64,000 nucleotides of DNA, taken from positions 54,822,922-54,886,921 of the forward strand of contig NC_079163.1 in assembly GCF_947563725.1 (NCBI RefSeq), written 5' to 3'. Shown here piece by piece: positions 13,042 to 27,100 of the stretch. Every line of letters begins with the position of its first letter. Within the stretch, counting starts at the first letter, position 1. The notes beneath the pieces were generated by a model. The model did not search any database. It saw only the letters and a program-made list of their open reading frames with translations, and was not told where the DNA came from. The stretch is from Argiope bruennichi (taxonomy: Eukaryota). The position numbers and the translations under genes are program-made.

Positions 13042-15649
13042 CTGAAATAAATAATCTTTTTAGACTGTATGTTTGCACTTTCATATATTTGATATTTATA
13101 TTATATTAAGAATTATTAATATAGATAAATAGTTAAAAAGCATCTATCAAGAATCATAAGTAAAACTGTAGAAAGGAATATTTAATGACACCCAAAAATT
13201 TTAATTTCATTTCGTTTCATTTTTAAAATGTAATTTATATTTATCATATAATTAACTTTACTTAAAATTTTAAGTTTTAAAATTAAAACCAAGCGAGTTA
13301 GAATAAGTTTTACAAAGAAAGGAAATCAAAGCATTCTGAAATGACTGATACAATGCTATTAATGCTCTTTTATTGAAATTCTTTAGTGCAATTTGTTATC
13401 TTTAAGAAAACTAAACATTTTAAAGAGTAAGTTAAATTTATCCTTCAAATTCATATTCTTGAAGTAGAAGCCTTTTAGCAAATGTACATTTATAATGAAA
13501 ATTGGCGTTTCGTGAAGTGCAATCGTGGGAGTGATGTAACTTTCATATCACTACCACATTATTTGCACTACAACGCAAATTTGCCCTTCTTTGTGTAAAG
13601 GCATTACCTTCGAATAGCGAAAACATCGCATTAGGAGCTTAAGTCATTTTCGTCTCATTTTTCCCTTACGTATTTGAAGATCAAAAATGTTTAATGTAAA
13701 ATTGTGTTGGATAAAATTATTATATTCAAAACAAAATAAATTAATGAATTTACACAATTATCAGAGAATTATTTTAAATTTACACGATAAAAAAGAAAGT
13801 ACACTGCCGTACCTATACACAAGGGCATCTAACTGTGGGCTTATTTTTTGAAAAAACATTTTACTTTACCTTGAGGAAAATATTTTATTAATATATTTTT
13901 GTACTAATCTTCATACTAAACCAAAACCAGTATAATCTAGTAGAATTTGAATTCATCTTCCACAAAAGGAATACATATTCATTTAGTGTGATCCATTGCA
14001 TCATCCAATATTATCAAGTTTGATATTGAGAACTGACCGACCTGTTTCCTTTTCAACCAGCGTTAACAATGTTCATAGAATTTCTTGCTCCAGTAATAAT
14101 TAAACAACTGCGAGTCATTTTCCGCATGGGATGGGGGTCACATCATGTGTCTAGATTAGAACGGTCTGAATTCATTGGAAAGGGAAGCTATGTTTCTAAT
14201 TTGGCTTAAAATTTATAGAATAGTCATAAATCACTGTTGCCTACCATTGAATTTTGAAAGAAAAATGGTATGAACAGAAGAATTATATTGAATTGAGCAT
14301 TAAAGACAGGACTGAAATTCTTAGCAGGATGAAAGTTTATCTACAGTAAGTTAATATAACTCTGTAGCGCTGCTGAAAATTTTACAACTATTTTGTCAAA
14401 TGTAGAAATATCGCGCGCTTTGTGTGTGAACAATAAATGTTGATGATTCCAAAGGGATGGATGTGTAGAAAAAATCCCTCCAATTAACTCTGATATGAGT
14501 CAAACAAATGATATTTGAAACCCAACGTGTAGCATTTTTCAAAATCTTGAAAACAATACATATACAAACATTATATAAGTCAAATGTTAAGGAATAATTT
14601 CAATAAGCAGCAATTAATGGATAATTATTTAAATTGTTATTTTCGAAATAAATTATAAATAGCCCTGCCTTTAGCTTTTTATTTTTATTTGATGCGGTAA
14701 AAATAGTGTTGATGTAATTCAATTTGGTTATTATCATCAATCGGTTAATGTTATCAAAATTCTTAAGTCCCGAAATGATCACACTAAGCGGCAGTTACCG
14801 TATTGTTTTAATTGTTGCAGTTTTCTTCATACGCTCAGAATAAGCTATCATTCTGAATAATGCTATAAAATAATTGATTTCAGAGAAATTTACAAAGCTT
14901 CGTTTCTTTTATAAATGATTTCAATTTTAATAGAAACAATTAAAATTAGTATAGTTATTATAAGCTTCTTTTATATAATTTTGTAAACCATTCTTTATAA
15001 GTAATTATATTATTTGGATGTTTTATTGTTCGGTAAGTTCGTCTTAACAAATGTCACTATCAAATAAAATTTTGGAATCGCATAATATTTCTACCAAATA
15101 AACCTTTAGAATCCCATAATCTTTCATACTGCATTTTCACATCTGGTAGTTTTCCTTATTTAGAAATTTTGTTTTCATACCAAACTTAATTATTTCTTAT
15201 CGAATTTTGCCTTTATTATTTAATCAAATGAAGCGATGTTATAAATCATTGGCTTGTATGAAGATCAATAAAATTAGCAAGATATCTAAAAGTGCATCTC
15301 TCAAAACTGCATTATTTCAAGAGCACATTATTCAATACTAAAAAAATAAACTTCAACAATGTTAAAGCGTTATAACTAAAAGAATATTTCCTTAAAAGTA
15401 AAAAATGTTTCTTTCCCCCCGAACTTTATGAAAGAACTATTTTCGTTCGATATGCGGGCCCCAAATAACTGTTAAACATAATAAAACTTATTGTAAGAAT
15501 TTCAGCATGTTTAGAAATATTTCAATTCCAAATGTGAGATTTTTAAAACTATAACCTAAAAACTAGCAAAATAAGCATTGAACAAACATGACTACATAGA
15601 TACAATATCATATATACATACATTCATACATTTTATATACATTACATAC

Positions 15650-15784
15650 CTTTAAAACAAATTCGGGATCAAAAATCTTTACTTCGTCTGCATATTTCTG
15701 AATGGTTACCCGATAGTCATCCGCAGTGTTTTTCAAATTCGAATTATAAATTAATGCCATACTTGTGATATTCAAGAACTGCAT
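15650..15784 (-). CDS. TROVE-gene exon (MQFLNITSMALIYNSNLKNTADDYRVTIQKYADEVKIFDPEFVLK), acceptor ATTTTAG, donor GTATGT.
   Basis: Alignable to the Ro60 segment [25 protein letters not shown]...FTFIQFKK. Phase 0/0. Confidence 0.55.
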
Positions 15785-18700
15785 CTAAAATAATATTACA
15801 AGCAAGTCATGTAATTTTAAAACAGAAATTAAAAAAAATCGCCTTTCTTAAAATTATAGCTAATGCTTTTTTATCCCTCAGATCTTTTAGAACTCTGGAA
15901 TTCAGTTTAATTAATTATAAGGTATTCGATTAAAATCGTTCACTTGCTTTTCTAAATATGTGCATCAATAACTATTTTGAGATAAAAAATAAATAGAAAA
16001 TTAAGATTTTAACATCTGTTTCATAAAGCTAATAGTAAAAACAATCTTTAAAACACTTTTAATAGTGTACTAAAAAGTAAAAAATCATTCATTTCAGTTA
16101 TTATTTGCTTTTCTGGTATTTATTTTATAATTTTTTTTATTATAATTAAAACAGAATCTCACAATCATTTTCATACTAATTCACTGGTGCCCCTTGAACA
16201 GTACCAAAATTTAATAAAATTATTCGATTACTTCATTATTAATTTCTTATATATTAAAATAGCATACTGTCGTTGGGACTGTCTACTGGGGAAAATGTTC
16301 GATAGTGTCTGGATTCCAGGGAAATTTCAACCATAATATTTAATAAATTTATTTAAAATTATTTTTAAAAGCACGTTTATTCATTTTAATCGTTTTTAAC
16401 TTTTTAATCATTAATTACTATTATATCATTATAAAATCTTAAAATACTTTTTTTTTTTTTTTTTTTTGCGAATTTAGATACCAGATAATTTATATGCCGT
16501 TATGTAGTAAAGGTAAATTGTGCCCGAAATATAATATGTCTTCTTCGTTCCCAGTCATCGTCTTTGTTTAGCAAGGAAAATCGCTCCCAAGGCATGAAAT
16601 AATTGTTTCCGCTCAACGTCGAATTTGACTTTAAAAACTGGTTTGATCGCATTAATGTTTTGTCTCCAAGGCTCCCTCTAAGACTTGCGTCATGGGACTG
16701 CCCTTACTCCTCTGCTGTTACGCCACTGATCACATGGAATTAAATTTTGAATTAATTGATAGATCAATTCATAAATAAATTTTGAAAAAATTAAAATATT
16801 AATTCTGTGTAGTCATAAGAAATACACACCAGTATATAAATTTCATATCTGTGTCACACAACAAGTGAGTGAAAATTTCATTAAAAAGAAATTGCATTAA
16901 TTACATCTACTGCGAATTTCATCGCAAAGTACATAAAGAAAAGAAAAAAGGTAATGTATATCAAATGCGAGACTTATAAATAATTTCTAGATTTAAATCA
17001 AATTTATTATTTTTATTATTATATAGATAACTATAGAAAAGACTTAAATCATTATTTCTGACTATCAAAACTGCTTTAAAAGAAAAAATGTTTAAGAAAA
17101 GCTATTTCGAATAGAATTTTCATACGTCATTATTATATCTACAGTATTCAAAACAAATAAACAAAAAATTTCATTTCCCTTTTAAATTTCTAAACATTTT
17201 CTTTCGTTTTTTTAAATTAATTAATGAAGAACTATTTTAGATACATTATTTTTGCATGAAAATAATGCAAAAAAAGCAATACAAAATAATGACTATTGTA
17301 GAATTTGAATAATATGAAGGTGTTCACAAAAATTCAATTAATCTAAAAATCTGAATTAAGAAAAACTTTTAAATGTAGTTAGATAAAACAACGAATTTAC
17401 ACTAAAATTGACATAGTGATTCATTTATAACATTTAAGAATTTTGATAAATGTTACATAACAAACAAATAAACCACGAAATTTAAAAAAATAAAAGAATA
17501 TTGATAATTTTTTATTATAATTTTATAATAATAATTAGAATAAACGCTTTTAAAAATTTAGATTTTTTTCTTCTTTTTTTTATTGAATAGGTTGAATATC
17601 AATCAAGTGAAAAGATTTAAGAACCTTTAACGGTATTTAGTCATGATCGATGCGGATTATAACTAACGAAACCAACTCGGAAATTTTAAAAAATTACAGT
17701 TTGTAGTTGAGTAGATAACTTTTGACTAAACAAAATAATTTCATCTTACACAAACCATAATTCAATATTATATTAATAGGAAATTCAAACAGTCAGAGAA
17801 AAATTCGAATTGCCTATGAATTAAAAAAGTTCAAATCAGGAAAGATATAAAAATAATAATGATTTAACGCACATTTTGAGAAGCCGGTTTATAGAAATCA
17901 CTACATATATACATCGTTCTGTTTCAGACACAAATCACTTTCTATACCGAAATGGGATTTTTTTTTTAGAATTATGTCCTAATCCTGGTAATAGTTCAAT
18001 ATATTTATCTAATAAGAATTTTCGAAAATTGCATTTTCCGGACAAAAATCTATTAGGATCTGTCTATTTCGAACACATTTTTCGCAAATGTTGCAAACTG
18101 AAAATATATCACCAAATTGCACCCCGCTTCAAAGAAATGTGTATGAGAAAGAGAGAAAGGGAAAATTTTGTCTATGCAGAGAACTGAAAGAATTTCCCTC
18201 GCCATTTATCAAACAAGTAAACAAAATAGCAATAAATTTTATGTTACAAATACACAACCTCATCTAGGCAAGGCCGGGCTGCTGAATCCAGCGGCGAGAC
18301 TAAAGGGAAGTTGTGCCTCAAAGCAGGAAGCGGCGGTTCATGTGAGAGCTGTCTAAACGATGTGTTTTCTTTCTCTCTCTTAATTTTTTTTTTATTTTCA
18401 TTTATTTATTTAATTATTTTGGCAATCGCGTTTCAGCGTAAAACTAATCGCTGTGAAAAAATGGGCCATATAGGTTAGAAGGAAATTTAAACACGAGAAA
18501 ATCTTATAGTTAATGATTTAAAAATAAACTGATGATTTCATTTGGAATAAGTTCGAGTACAGTTTTGTAGACTCTGATACGGGGTCCCTTTCGAGTCGGG
18601 TTCTATTGGAAACAAACGATTCAGTTGGAAAAAATCTGGCTCTGCTGTCATCAAGAATACAGAATTAAGCAAAATTTCAAATTTAGTGCATTAAAAAGTA

Positions 18701-18894
18701 AGTGAAAGGTTGATTACATAATTCCTTTACAAACACAAACTATTTAAATAATAATAATGATAATAAAATGTTAAAAGTCAGCAAAACAGTCAAGAAATTT
18801 CCAGAAAACTCAGTCCTTGCAAATTCAAACACCAATATAATACTTAATAATTCTTCAGACATTATAATGTCATTTTAAATAGAAATTTACTTAC

Positions 18895-19046
18895 TTTTTT
18901 ATTCTTTACACTTCGCGCCCTCTCAAGTTGAAGTAAACTTGCCTTCGAGTCTACGAAACTAAATGATTCAAATGTTTCAGATTTAAACTCCTCTACAGAT
19001 GCAAAATTGTATGCAGGCATCTTGGATAACTCAGGTATCACAGTGG
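18895..19046 (-). CDS. TROVE-gene exon (PTVIPELSKMPAYNFASVEEFKSETFESFSFVDSKASLLQLERARSVKNKK), donor GTAAGTA.
   Basis: 152-nt open frame bounded by an AG acceptor and a GTAAGT donor. Phase 1 in, phase 0 out, matching the next exon. Confidence 0.5.
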
Positions 19047-21027
19047 CTACGTTTAGGGAAAGATATAAAAAAAAGGTATTTACCAATTCAAAAGTAAATT
19101 AAATTACTTAATACCTGAACTCTTAAAAAAGCAATAAGACGGAATAAAAATTTATCATCGATGAGATAGTAGTTACAGGGGGAGAGGGCGGATAATGTCT
19201 AAACTGAAATTCCTAGCAAACTGCTCAATGAGAAAAAGTAAAACATGCTTTTAACTGAAAATTCTCCTCTTGATTTCTCGGTACTATATACATAATTAGT
19301 TATAGTATTTGAAAATTTATTTTAAAACAACTTTAAAATTTAAGAAGACAAAGGCATTCAGATATGGAATAGTAGGTATAATTTCAAATTGACATTGAGA
19401 CAATAGAATGCACAATTTGCCTTCATGGTATTATATAACCTTTATTTTCAAAATTTCTAAAAAAATGCATAAGGATTTTTTTAATCAGAAATTTTACCTT
19501 ATTTTCTCAGAATAATTTGGAAGATTTCACTTATTAAAATCTAAATTAAATCCCTCATTACTTGTAGCAGACAATACTTTCTTCAACAGTACTTTCATTT
19601 CATAACCAATTAATAACCCTTTAAATTAGCAATAATTTTTTTAAGAAAGACTATATAATAATAAGACTTTATAAAACATTCTTTAATGGAACAACTAATG
19701 CATATCAGATACTCATTGCTTGAATATTTAAGTAAAAAGTTTAAAGTAATTAAACTCTATTCTGCAATAGTTTGTTACTTTTAGGAGTTCAAATAGAGCA
19801 AAATGTTCCATAAACGACATGTCTAAAAATGTTGTTTAATTCATGCATTTATTTGAAATGTTTTAAATTAATCTAATTTTTCATCAGGCCTTTTAAAAAA
19901 TATTCCTACTGAATTATTTTGAAAAATAAAGCAGATATTTAATGTTTCCATTCCTGCTCAATTTGGATATCTGTCTTCTCGCCAATTTTTCATAATTCAG
20001 AATCTGCATTTTCTTTATATCTTATCAGCGTAACAGATTTCAACCATTAATTACAAACTCAACACTTTTCCAATTCTAAGTATCTGAGCGTCTCGTTCAC
20101 CTTTTATAGTTTCTTTCAGATGCCATGAAAACAAACTTTTCATCAAGTATATGAACAATATATTCCGAAGGAAAAAAAAATCAAAACTTTATATTCTCCC
20201 TTCCTTATTAGTATGACTTTACACAAAGGTTTGCATCCAGTTTTAGGATGCAACTAATTGATAAACTCGGAGTTGCTTGGAATTAAGATACTTTCACATA
20301 TAATTTTTAAGGTAAAAACTTTGTATAAATTATTACGACTATCCCTTGAGCCTTTGTCACTTTTTTGCAGATAAAGGGTGCATTAATTCTTTCTTTCAGT
20401 ACTTTTAAACATCGCTAAATGACTACTTTAAGCCTAGAAAAATTTTCGAAAAGATATGAAATAGAATTTTTCAAAAATACTGGTAATGTAGACCAAATTC
20501 TCACTGTTACAGTATTTCATAATTTTCACCACCAAATATTTAAAGAATTAATAATGATTAAAGAAAAACTTGCACATAAAAGAATTGAGTGTCATTGAAA
20601 AGGCAAAATTTTGAATTTTAAACCAGTGTTAAAATATTTCTTCTAATATAATTTACTCTGAGGTTTCTGTAGAAAAATGGATACATTTCAATTAATTTTT
20701 AATTAATTCAATATTTTATTAGCTTTTGCACTTTGCAAAGTTGATAGTTTTCTCTCTCTTGTCTTGAAGAAAAAATGTGCAAAATTTGATTGAAATCAGC
20801 CCCATCACTTAGGAGATGCTTAATAAAAATATACGCGTACATATATACAATGACACACAATGATTTTTATTTACATTAAGATCAACATTGGGCAATCTTT
20901 GTGCTGATGATTAAATTTTCAAAATCGATTCCATAGTTTAAAAAAATAAATTCGAGCACAACTCTCAAATCCGGATAAATTACTATCCTAAATAAATACT
21001 ATATAGTACAATGAATATGACACTTAC

Positions 21028-21090
21028 GTGCACGTAAAACCGCTGAGCGAGGAATACCAGGAACAGGTGGCTCGAAAAAGCCCATAGGTG
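21028..21090 (-). CDS. TROVE-gene exon (TPMGFFEPPVPGIPRSAVLRA), 63 nt, acceptor TTATTCAG, donor GTAAGTG.
   Basis: Strong donor and acceptor. The frame is consistent with the exons on both sides. Confidence 0.45.
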
Positions 21091-21183
21091 CTGAATAAAA
21101 ACAAATTATTATGATTTTTTATTAGTTGAAAATTTCAGAGATAAAATAAATCGGTATTATTTTAAGAAAGATAATATACTCAC

Positions 21184-21234
21184 TCTGACGAATAGGAGAA
21201 GCTCCAAAAGCGAAAGCTCTGTTGAGGTTTCCAG
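21184..21234 (-). CDS. TROVE-gene exon (AGNLNRAFAFGASPIRQ), acceptor AATAG, donor GTGAGT.
   Basis: Phase-consistent with neighbours. It weakly resembles the Ro60 N-terminal RFLCFGSEGG segment. Confidence 0.45.
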
Positions 21235-21407
21235 CTATTAAAATTAATAATTCTTGTAACACATACATTTACTCCACAGTTATTCATTATAAAAGTAACC
21301 CGCAATTTTCAATATCAGCATGTTCCAATTATATTCTTAATAATTTTAATCTTAAATAACAACAATTGAAATAACCATTATTATAAAAAGAAACACATTA
21401 TACTCAC

Positions 21408-21458
21408 CGCGACGGTTAGGGACAGATCTAAAACGTTCATTTGGGCTTACATCCGCAG
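21408..21458 (-). CDS. TROVE-gene exon (ADVSPNERFRSVPNRR), acceptor TTTTAG, donor GTGAGT, phase 1 in and out.
   Basis: Only one open frame. The splice consensus sits on both sides and the phase chains with flanking exons. Confidence 0.45.
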
Positions 21459-21794
21459 CTAAAAGTTTAATAAATCTAATGTCAGCTTACTAATCTATAT
21501 TTATTGAAAAGCTATTCAGAATAAATTTATTATAAAATACAAAATGTACTACATGTTCAAGTCAAATTCTTAATAAAATTGTTGAAAAATGAAATAGTTA
21601 TTTATAATAAAATTATTCTAACGTGAAAATCTATTCAAAATCAGATAACCAATAACATATTTCACACAAAAAAAACCCTACTAATTAGCTTGAAAGAATA
21701 TAGAAAAATCTAGAAAAGAGTATGCGATTAAGAAAGCATTGACATAGAAAAAAAAAAGCCGTCGCCAGCGGCGTGTTTGTTTCTCTTTTGTCAC

Positions 21795-21816
21795 CTCCCT
21801 TGCTTCTTCCCGTCAT
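21795..21816 (-). CDS. Candidate first coding exon of the TROVE-domain gene: ATG ACG GGA AGA AGC AAG GGA G (MTGRSKG), then GTGACA donor, phase 1. A 5' UTR and promoter are presumed just upstream in the GC-richer patch 21750-21900.
   Basis: ATG inside a locally GC/CpG-richer patch. The donor phase matches the next exon. The donor is weak (GTGACA), so this is tentative. Confidence 0.3.
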
Positions 21817-22267
21817 ATTTGGTCAAAATCGAGAAACAAAAGCACTAACATTTGTCTTCAAGGCTATATTTACTCATAAGGGCGCACAGGGCATCTATAA
21901 GCCTCATTGCATCCCATCACTACACCATCAAAAAAATACAACAAATTAATCTACCTCTAAATTTATAAAAAAATTAAGACATTAAAATAAAAAAAAAACA
22001 TATTTTCACCGAGAAAACTATATTAATTACTTTATAATATAAATATATATTTCCATTTTCTGTCCCTTTTGATTATATCACCTACGCATTTAAAATAATT
22101 AGCAAAACCCAAAAACAATCCTCCAAACACTATTTTTATTTTATATGAAACCTTATACCTTTAATTTGACATCAATGGTTGCTTGCCTCTCACTAGCCGA
22201 AATTTTCAAGAGTTATATTTTAGAGACACTACCTCACACATTTCTCTATCGGGTAAAACACTGACAA

Positions 22268-22550
22268 AATCCCCAGCCACAACCATTGTACTGATTTCGC
22301 CAATTTTTATTTCATATGAAAGTTCAAGATCTCTATATACGCCATCGATAATCACCTGTCCCCATTATCCTTTCTTTTCCAAAAAATATCCAAAATACTA
22401 CATCGACATATATTTTCTATGGGGGGGGGGTAACACGACAGAATTCCCCCCAACCAAACCTAATGTATCGATTTTGTTAATTTTTATTTCATATTAATGT
22501 TCATGCACCCTAGATACACCAGTAATGGTCATCCTCCGTTTTCGTGAGAT
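22268..22550. repeat. Tandem duplication of about 185 bp in two diverged copies (...GATTTCGCCAATTTTTATTTCATATGAAAGTTCAAG... versus ...CGATTTTGTTAATTTTTATTTCATATTAATGTTCATG...). They are separated by a G10 run.
   Basis: The two blocks align at about 70 percent identity. Confidence 0.5.
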
Positions 22551-23289
22551 ATCATAAAATAAAACTAAAAGAGCTACCAGTCTCGACAACTTGATCAATT
22601 TTGACAATTTTATCCGCCTCTTTGTAATCATAGGTAAACTCATCACAGCAATTTATATTTATTGAGCTGAAGGATAAAAATTGTGAAAGTAGAATTTAAA
22701 ATAATATTTTCTATTTTTATGGTAAGATATAGTAGATAAACATTGGTTGATATGACACGATTAGTACTATTATTGTGGTGGGTGAACTCCTAGTCGCCCA
22801 GAATGGCTAGCATTTAAAGCTAAACACCAGCAATCAGTTGTTCAGGCCGTATTTCTGTTTCATTCGTATTTGGTACATTTAACGCTTTCGGCTAAACATA
22901 AACTCATCCAACACTCGGAAATGAAATTATTAATCAAAAAAAATAATAATAAATATTTTCTCATTTCGGAAACTCAAAAATGAGCCAGAGCGCTGTTAAA
23001 TAAATACTGCCCTGATTTGTACTACGCATTTTGTTCGCATTGACTTTTTCAAGGCGAACTTCAACAATGTCACGATCTGACTTTGGTTCAAAAAGAAAAA
23101 CCTGGCTAAACAATTGATAGCAGGGTTAACTTTTATTTTACGTTTAAGATAATTCACCAATAATTTCCCGAAAATAGCAATAAAAATTCATCGAAAATCA
23201 GGAGTCTGATTCATAAATGTTTTATTTCTCATGCACATAAATTGAAAAGCATTTATCGAGTTTTCGTCCAAATCCTAAAATAGCATTCG

Positions 23290-23940
23290 AAATGTCAAGT
23301 ATTAATCATTGGAAATCACAAGTATTGATAAAGTATTTCGGAAATGGAACAGATTTCATGAGATCGTCTTCACTTTTTCTCTTCTTTATTTATTCAAGCA
23401 TACAGTTTAAATCTGTTAGTGGTTATCACTATTTTTGGATCCAACCTTGTACTTCTCATGAATTTCTTAAACGTAATCTGCGATCCACCTCTTCATTCGA
23501 AATATTCCTTTTGTAACGTTCCCCCTTTCCCTCACCTGATAATTGGCATTCCAGCTAGATGTAACATCACCTGTTTCGCCACACATCGTTAAGTGCCTCC
23601 GGACTGCCAGATGGGGGATCCTTTTAGCCAGTAGTCATTGTGCCTGGGCATTTTTTGAATCCAGACAAAAGAACCACATATGTTGGTTTCGTCGTTTCAA
23701 AGAGATCCATCATACTCCTATCTTCAAGGGGGAAGAATGTCAAAACATCCAGATGTTAAATTTTTTTCCATTATAAAGAGATTCTTCCCATCTTCGAGGA
23801 ACGTTCAATCACCAGCCACTGTTGCCATTAAGTGTCGAAGTCGGATGGAGTTTAGCCGGTGTTATGAATCATTAATAAATATTTCCATGATCGACTGGAG
23901 ACCACTGAGGAAGCACTGCTGAGCTGCTATTGGGCGATAA
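23290..23940 (-). mobile_element. Possible mariner/Tc1-like transposase remnant.
   Basis: Minus-strand fragments KGIFRMKRWIADYV* resemble the mariner C-terminus GI.KL..RW.KCI..NG.YFE. CFLSGLQSIMEIF resembles HLFRSLQNFL. The remnant is heavily degraded. Confidence 0.3.
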
Positions 23941-23977
23941 TGAGCTCAAGTTCCCCAATGAGAAAAATCAGTAACGG

Positions 23978-24184
<207 letters not shown>

Positions 24185-27100
24185 TTCTCCGAATTGATAG
24201 AGGAACTATTTCATGATTAACTTTCAACTGTTGTGCATATTTTGTAAATAATATTAACCTAGATGAGAACAAGTTGTTTTGTGTACATATATAAGGCTGT
24301 AAATAAAAGAATTGTTTGTTACACTACTCTCTTATTTGATCCGTCAGGATCGACACATTAGACTTTAAAAATTCTTATTCCAAACATAGCATTTTTTCCA
24401 TTTATAATTAACTTTAATCTCTGATTTCAAAAATATGTTCATTTTTCACTATTTTTATCAAAGAAAAATTTGAGGCTTTACAAAAAAGCATAACTTTTAG
24501 AAGACAAATTTTCAAAGAAATGCATGCGACAGGTTTGGCGTAATTCTTTCATAAATGAAGAAATGAAAATATAATAATTATTTTGCATCAAAACAAAACT
24601 TAAAAAGATGCCCTGGTTCGTTTTTGAACTTCATATTTGTTGAAAGAAATTCCTACATTTTAGCATAGTTAATTTTATATGTCTGATAACAAACATATTA
24701 TTATGAAACAACTGATTAAGAGTGTTGCAAGAAAGAGATAAATAGCATTGAATCTTGGTCAGATAATAAAGTACACACCACAAAATGAAGACATTTATCG
24801 TCTAAACTAGAACTAACAACATAAATAAATTATATATCAGCAACAAAAGATCTTTAGCGGAATAGTTATATAATAACCATTCATTGCAAAGTTACAACTC
24901 TCTTCCTTACTAAATCACATTTAAGTACCAACAATATCGTCAACATTCTGACTAGGCAGACAGTAACCAGAAAGTGTTTCTCCAATCGGGCTCAAATGAG
25001 TTTAAATCCAGAGAATGGGATGGCGGTTTCAGAACTTCTTAATAGTTACTGAAACACTAGAGACGAATGTTGCGAGCTGTATGCTTAGAATCGATATCCT
25101 TCGTTAGGACTTTTTTAAAGTTGTTTCCAAATTCCAAATTTTAGAAAATAGATGTTTTTTTTTTTTTTTGTTTTTTTTTTACAAAGCAGCTGTGATTTAT
25201 AATGACATCCATAAAGTCCATCCTTTTTTTTTTCTCCACGCTATTGCACGCCATTTGTAATCAAAAATTTCAATTTGTTCTAATCTGCAGACAGGACGTA
25301 AGCCTAAAAAGATATTACTTTACTCATTAATGATTTCGAGAAGAAAAGTTAGATCATTCAGTTCATTCTCACAAAAAAATTATCTTCTGGCTGGATACGC
25401 ATGTTTATCTCAAGATTCGCACAGTTTCTAATGAAGCTGAAGTAGAAAAGTTTTCACTAAATTCTGCAGAGATTTTTAAAGCTGCCGACAGTTGATTCTT
25501 TGCAGTTTTTTCTCAAAATAAATCTCTGCTTACAACGAGGTTTTTAGCTTTGTAGAATTTCCGATTCGATTTTCTTTTCCATTATTTATCACATAATAAA
25601 CAGTTGAATACGATAAAATTTATCAGTTTAGCAATATTTAATACTCATTTAACACTTTTATGATGAAAATAATTAGATTTCTAACATCATCCATTGTTTC
25701 CTTAAGCTTAGAAACATTTTTAAACTACGAAATATTTTTTAAGAAATATAGAAGCAAAGATAAAACCAAACTACATTTAATATGTAATAAAAAAACAACA
25801 ACTACCAAACGATATTTAATATATCGTCATTACAAAACTGGAAAAGGAAAACAATTGACAATACTTTTTTTTTTCAATGAATTCAACCGAAAATGTATTG
25901 CTATTCGAACATTTTCATAACTTGTTTTTCTCTTGTCTATTTTGGTTTTTAGAATAAAACGATATCATCTTCAGATTAAAAAAATCATTGTGGTTATGCC
26001 TATCTATCTATGTATATATAGGTTCCACATCCCCACCTAAACTTGATCGAGTTCGACGTAATTTTGCACTTATTATTTAAGGTAAGAGAAAGAATACTGT
26101 TAACTTTTCAACGATCACGAGTTAATTAAAAATTCGATTAATAAGAAATTAACTAAAATTCGACCCTTTCTACACAGTAATTTCTGGGAAAATTATTCCA
26201 TAAGAAATATTTTAAAACCATTTTAATATTCAAAAATTTACAATTTCAATGATAATTTTATTTAAAATTGTAATTTTCGATTACCCATTTTTTAACATAT
26301 TTACAGTGGGAAATTTTTTTGCATGTTTAAGTTCTTTAGTGATTTGAAAATTATCTACTTCACTGTCTTTTTTTTTTTTTTTTTTTTGCAATTTGAGTTT
26401 TGAAGTAGAAGTGGAGGTACAAAAAATTAAATATATGCACAGCAACATGATTACGCAAACGTATACTTTCTTTCGTAACACAATTTAAATCAGCATTTCA
26501 GACAGCAGTTTTTTAAAAAAATTATATATACTACAAAAATTGGTTTTTCTGATCCCTTGTGGTTACTTAAATAATTGTTTTCAATATCGCTGCATCTTTG
26601 ATGCTCCATACAAAACAAAAACGCTATACACTTGACACAAACATCACTTCCATAACTTATACTCGTCTTTTAATTTTTCAGAAGAAACTCGCTTTCTTTT
26701 TGGCACTTTCGAAAAATCAATACTTATACAAAAAATTGAAGGAAATAACGAGAGATAAGTAAGCGATTATTTTGTTACACAGGAATATATATATATATAT
26801 ATAAGGTTGCAACAAGTGTGTGTGTACACAATGTTTTCTTTTATTGGCATTAATGACGAAAACTTTTTCAAATAAGTCGGATATTCCAAATTACAAACAA
26901 AATTTTCTCTCACAATTACTTCGGGCATTTTAGAGCTACACAAGTTTGAAAGCGGGACATATGATAATATTATTATAATCACTAATAACAAGAAATTTCT
27001 GGACAAAGTTATTATAAAAATATATTGATTAGTACTTAGAATACAATTTAATCGCAACACGTTTTATTTTTAATATTTCCTCAAAAAGCCTCTTCATTAC

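Noticed and set aside
14069-14206. Plus-strand ORF MFIEFLAPVIIKQLRVIFRMGWGSHHVSRL... containing GWGSH reminiscent of Ro60 NGWSH
   Set aside because: It is on the wrong strand relative to the TROVE gene, so the resemblance is coincidental.
16510-16735. About 68-codon open frame on the minus strand (...YFMPWERFSLLNKDDDWERRRHIIFRAQFTF)
   Set aside because: No splice sites give phase continuity with the TROVE exons on either side. It is probably a TE remnant, but it remains unverified.
17876-18356. 103-aa and 62-aa plus-strand ORFs
   Set aside because: They show no splice signals, homology or codon-usage contrast with the surroundings. They are likely random ORFs in a slightly GC-richer patch.
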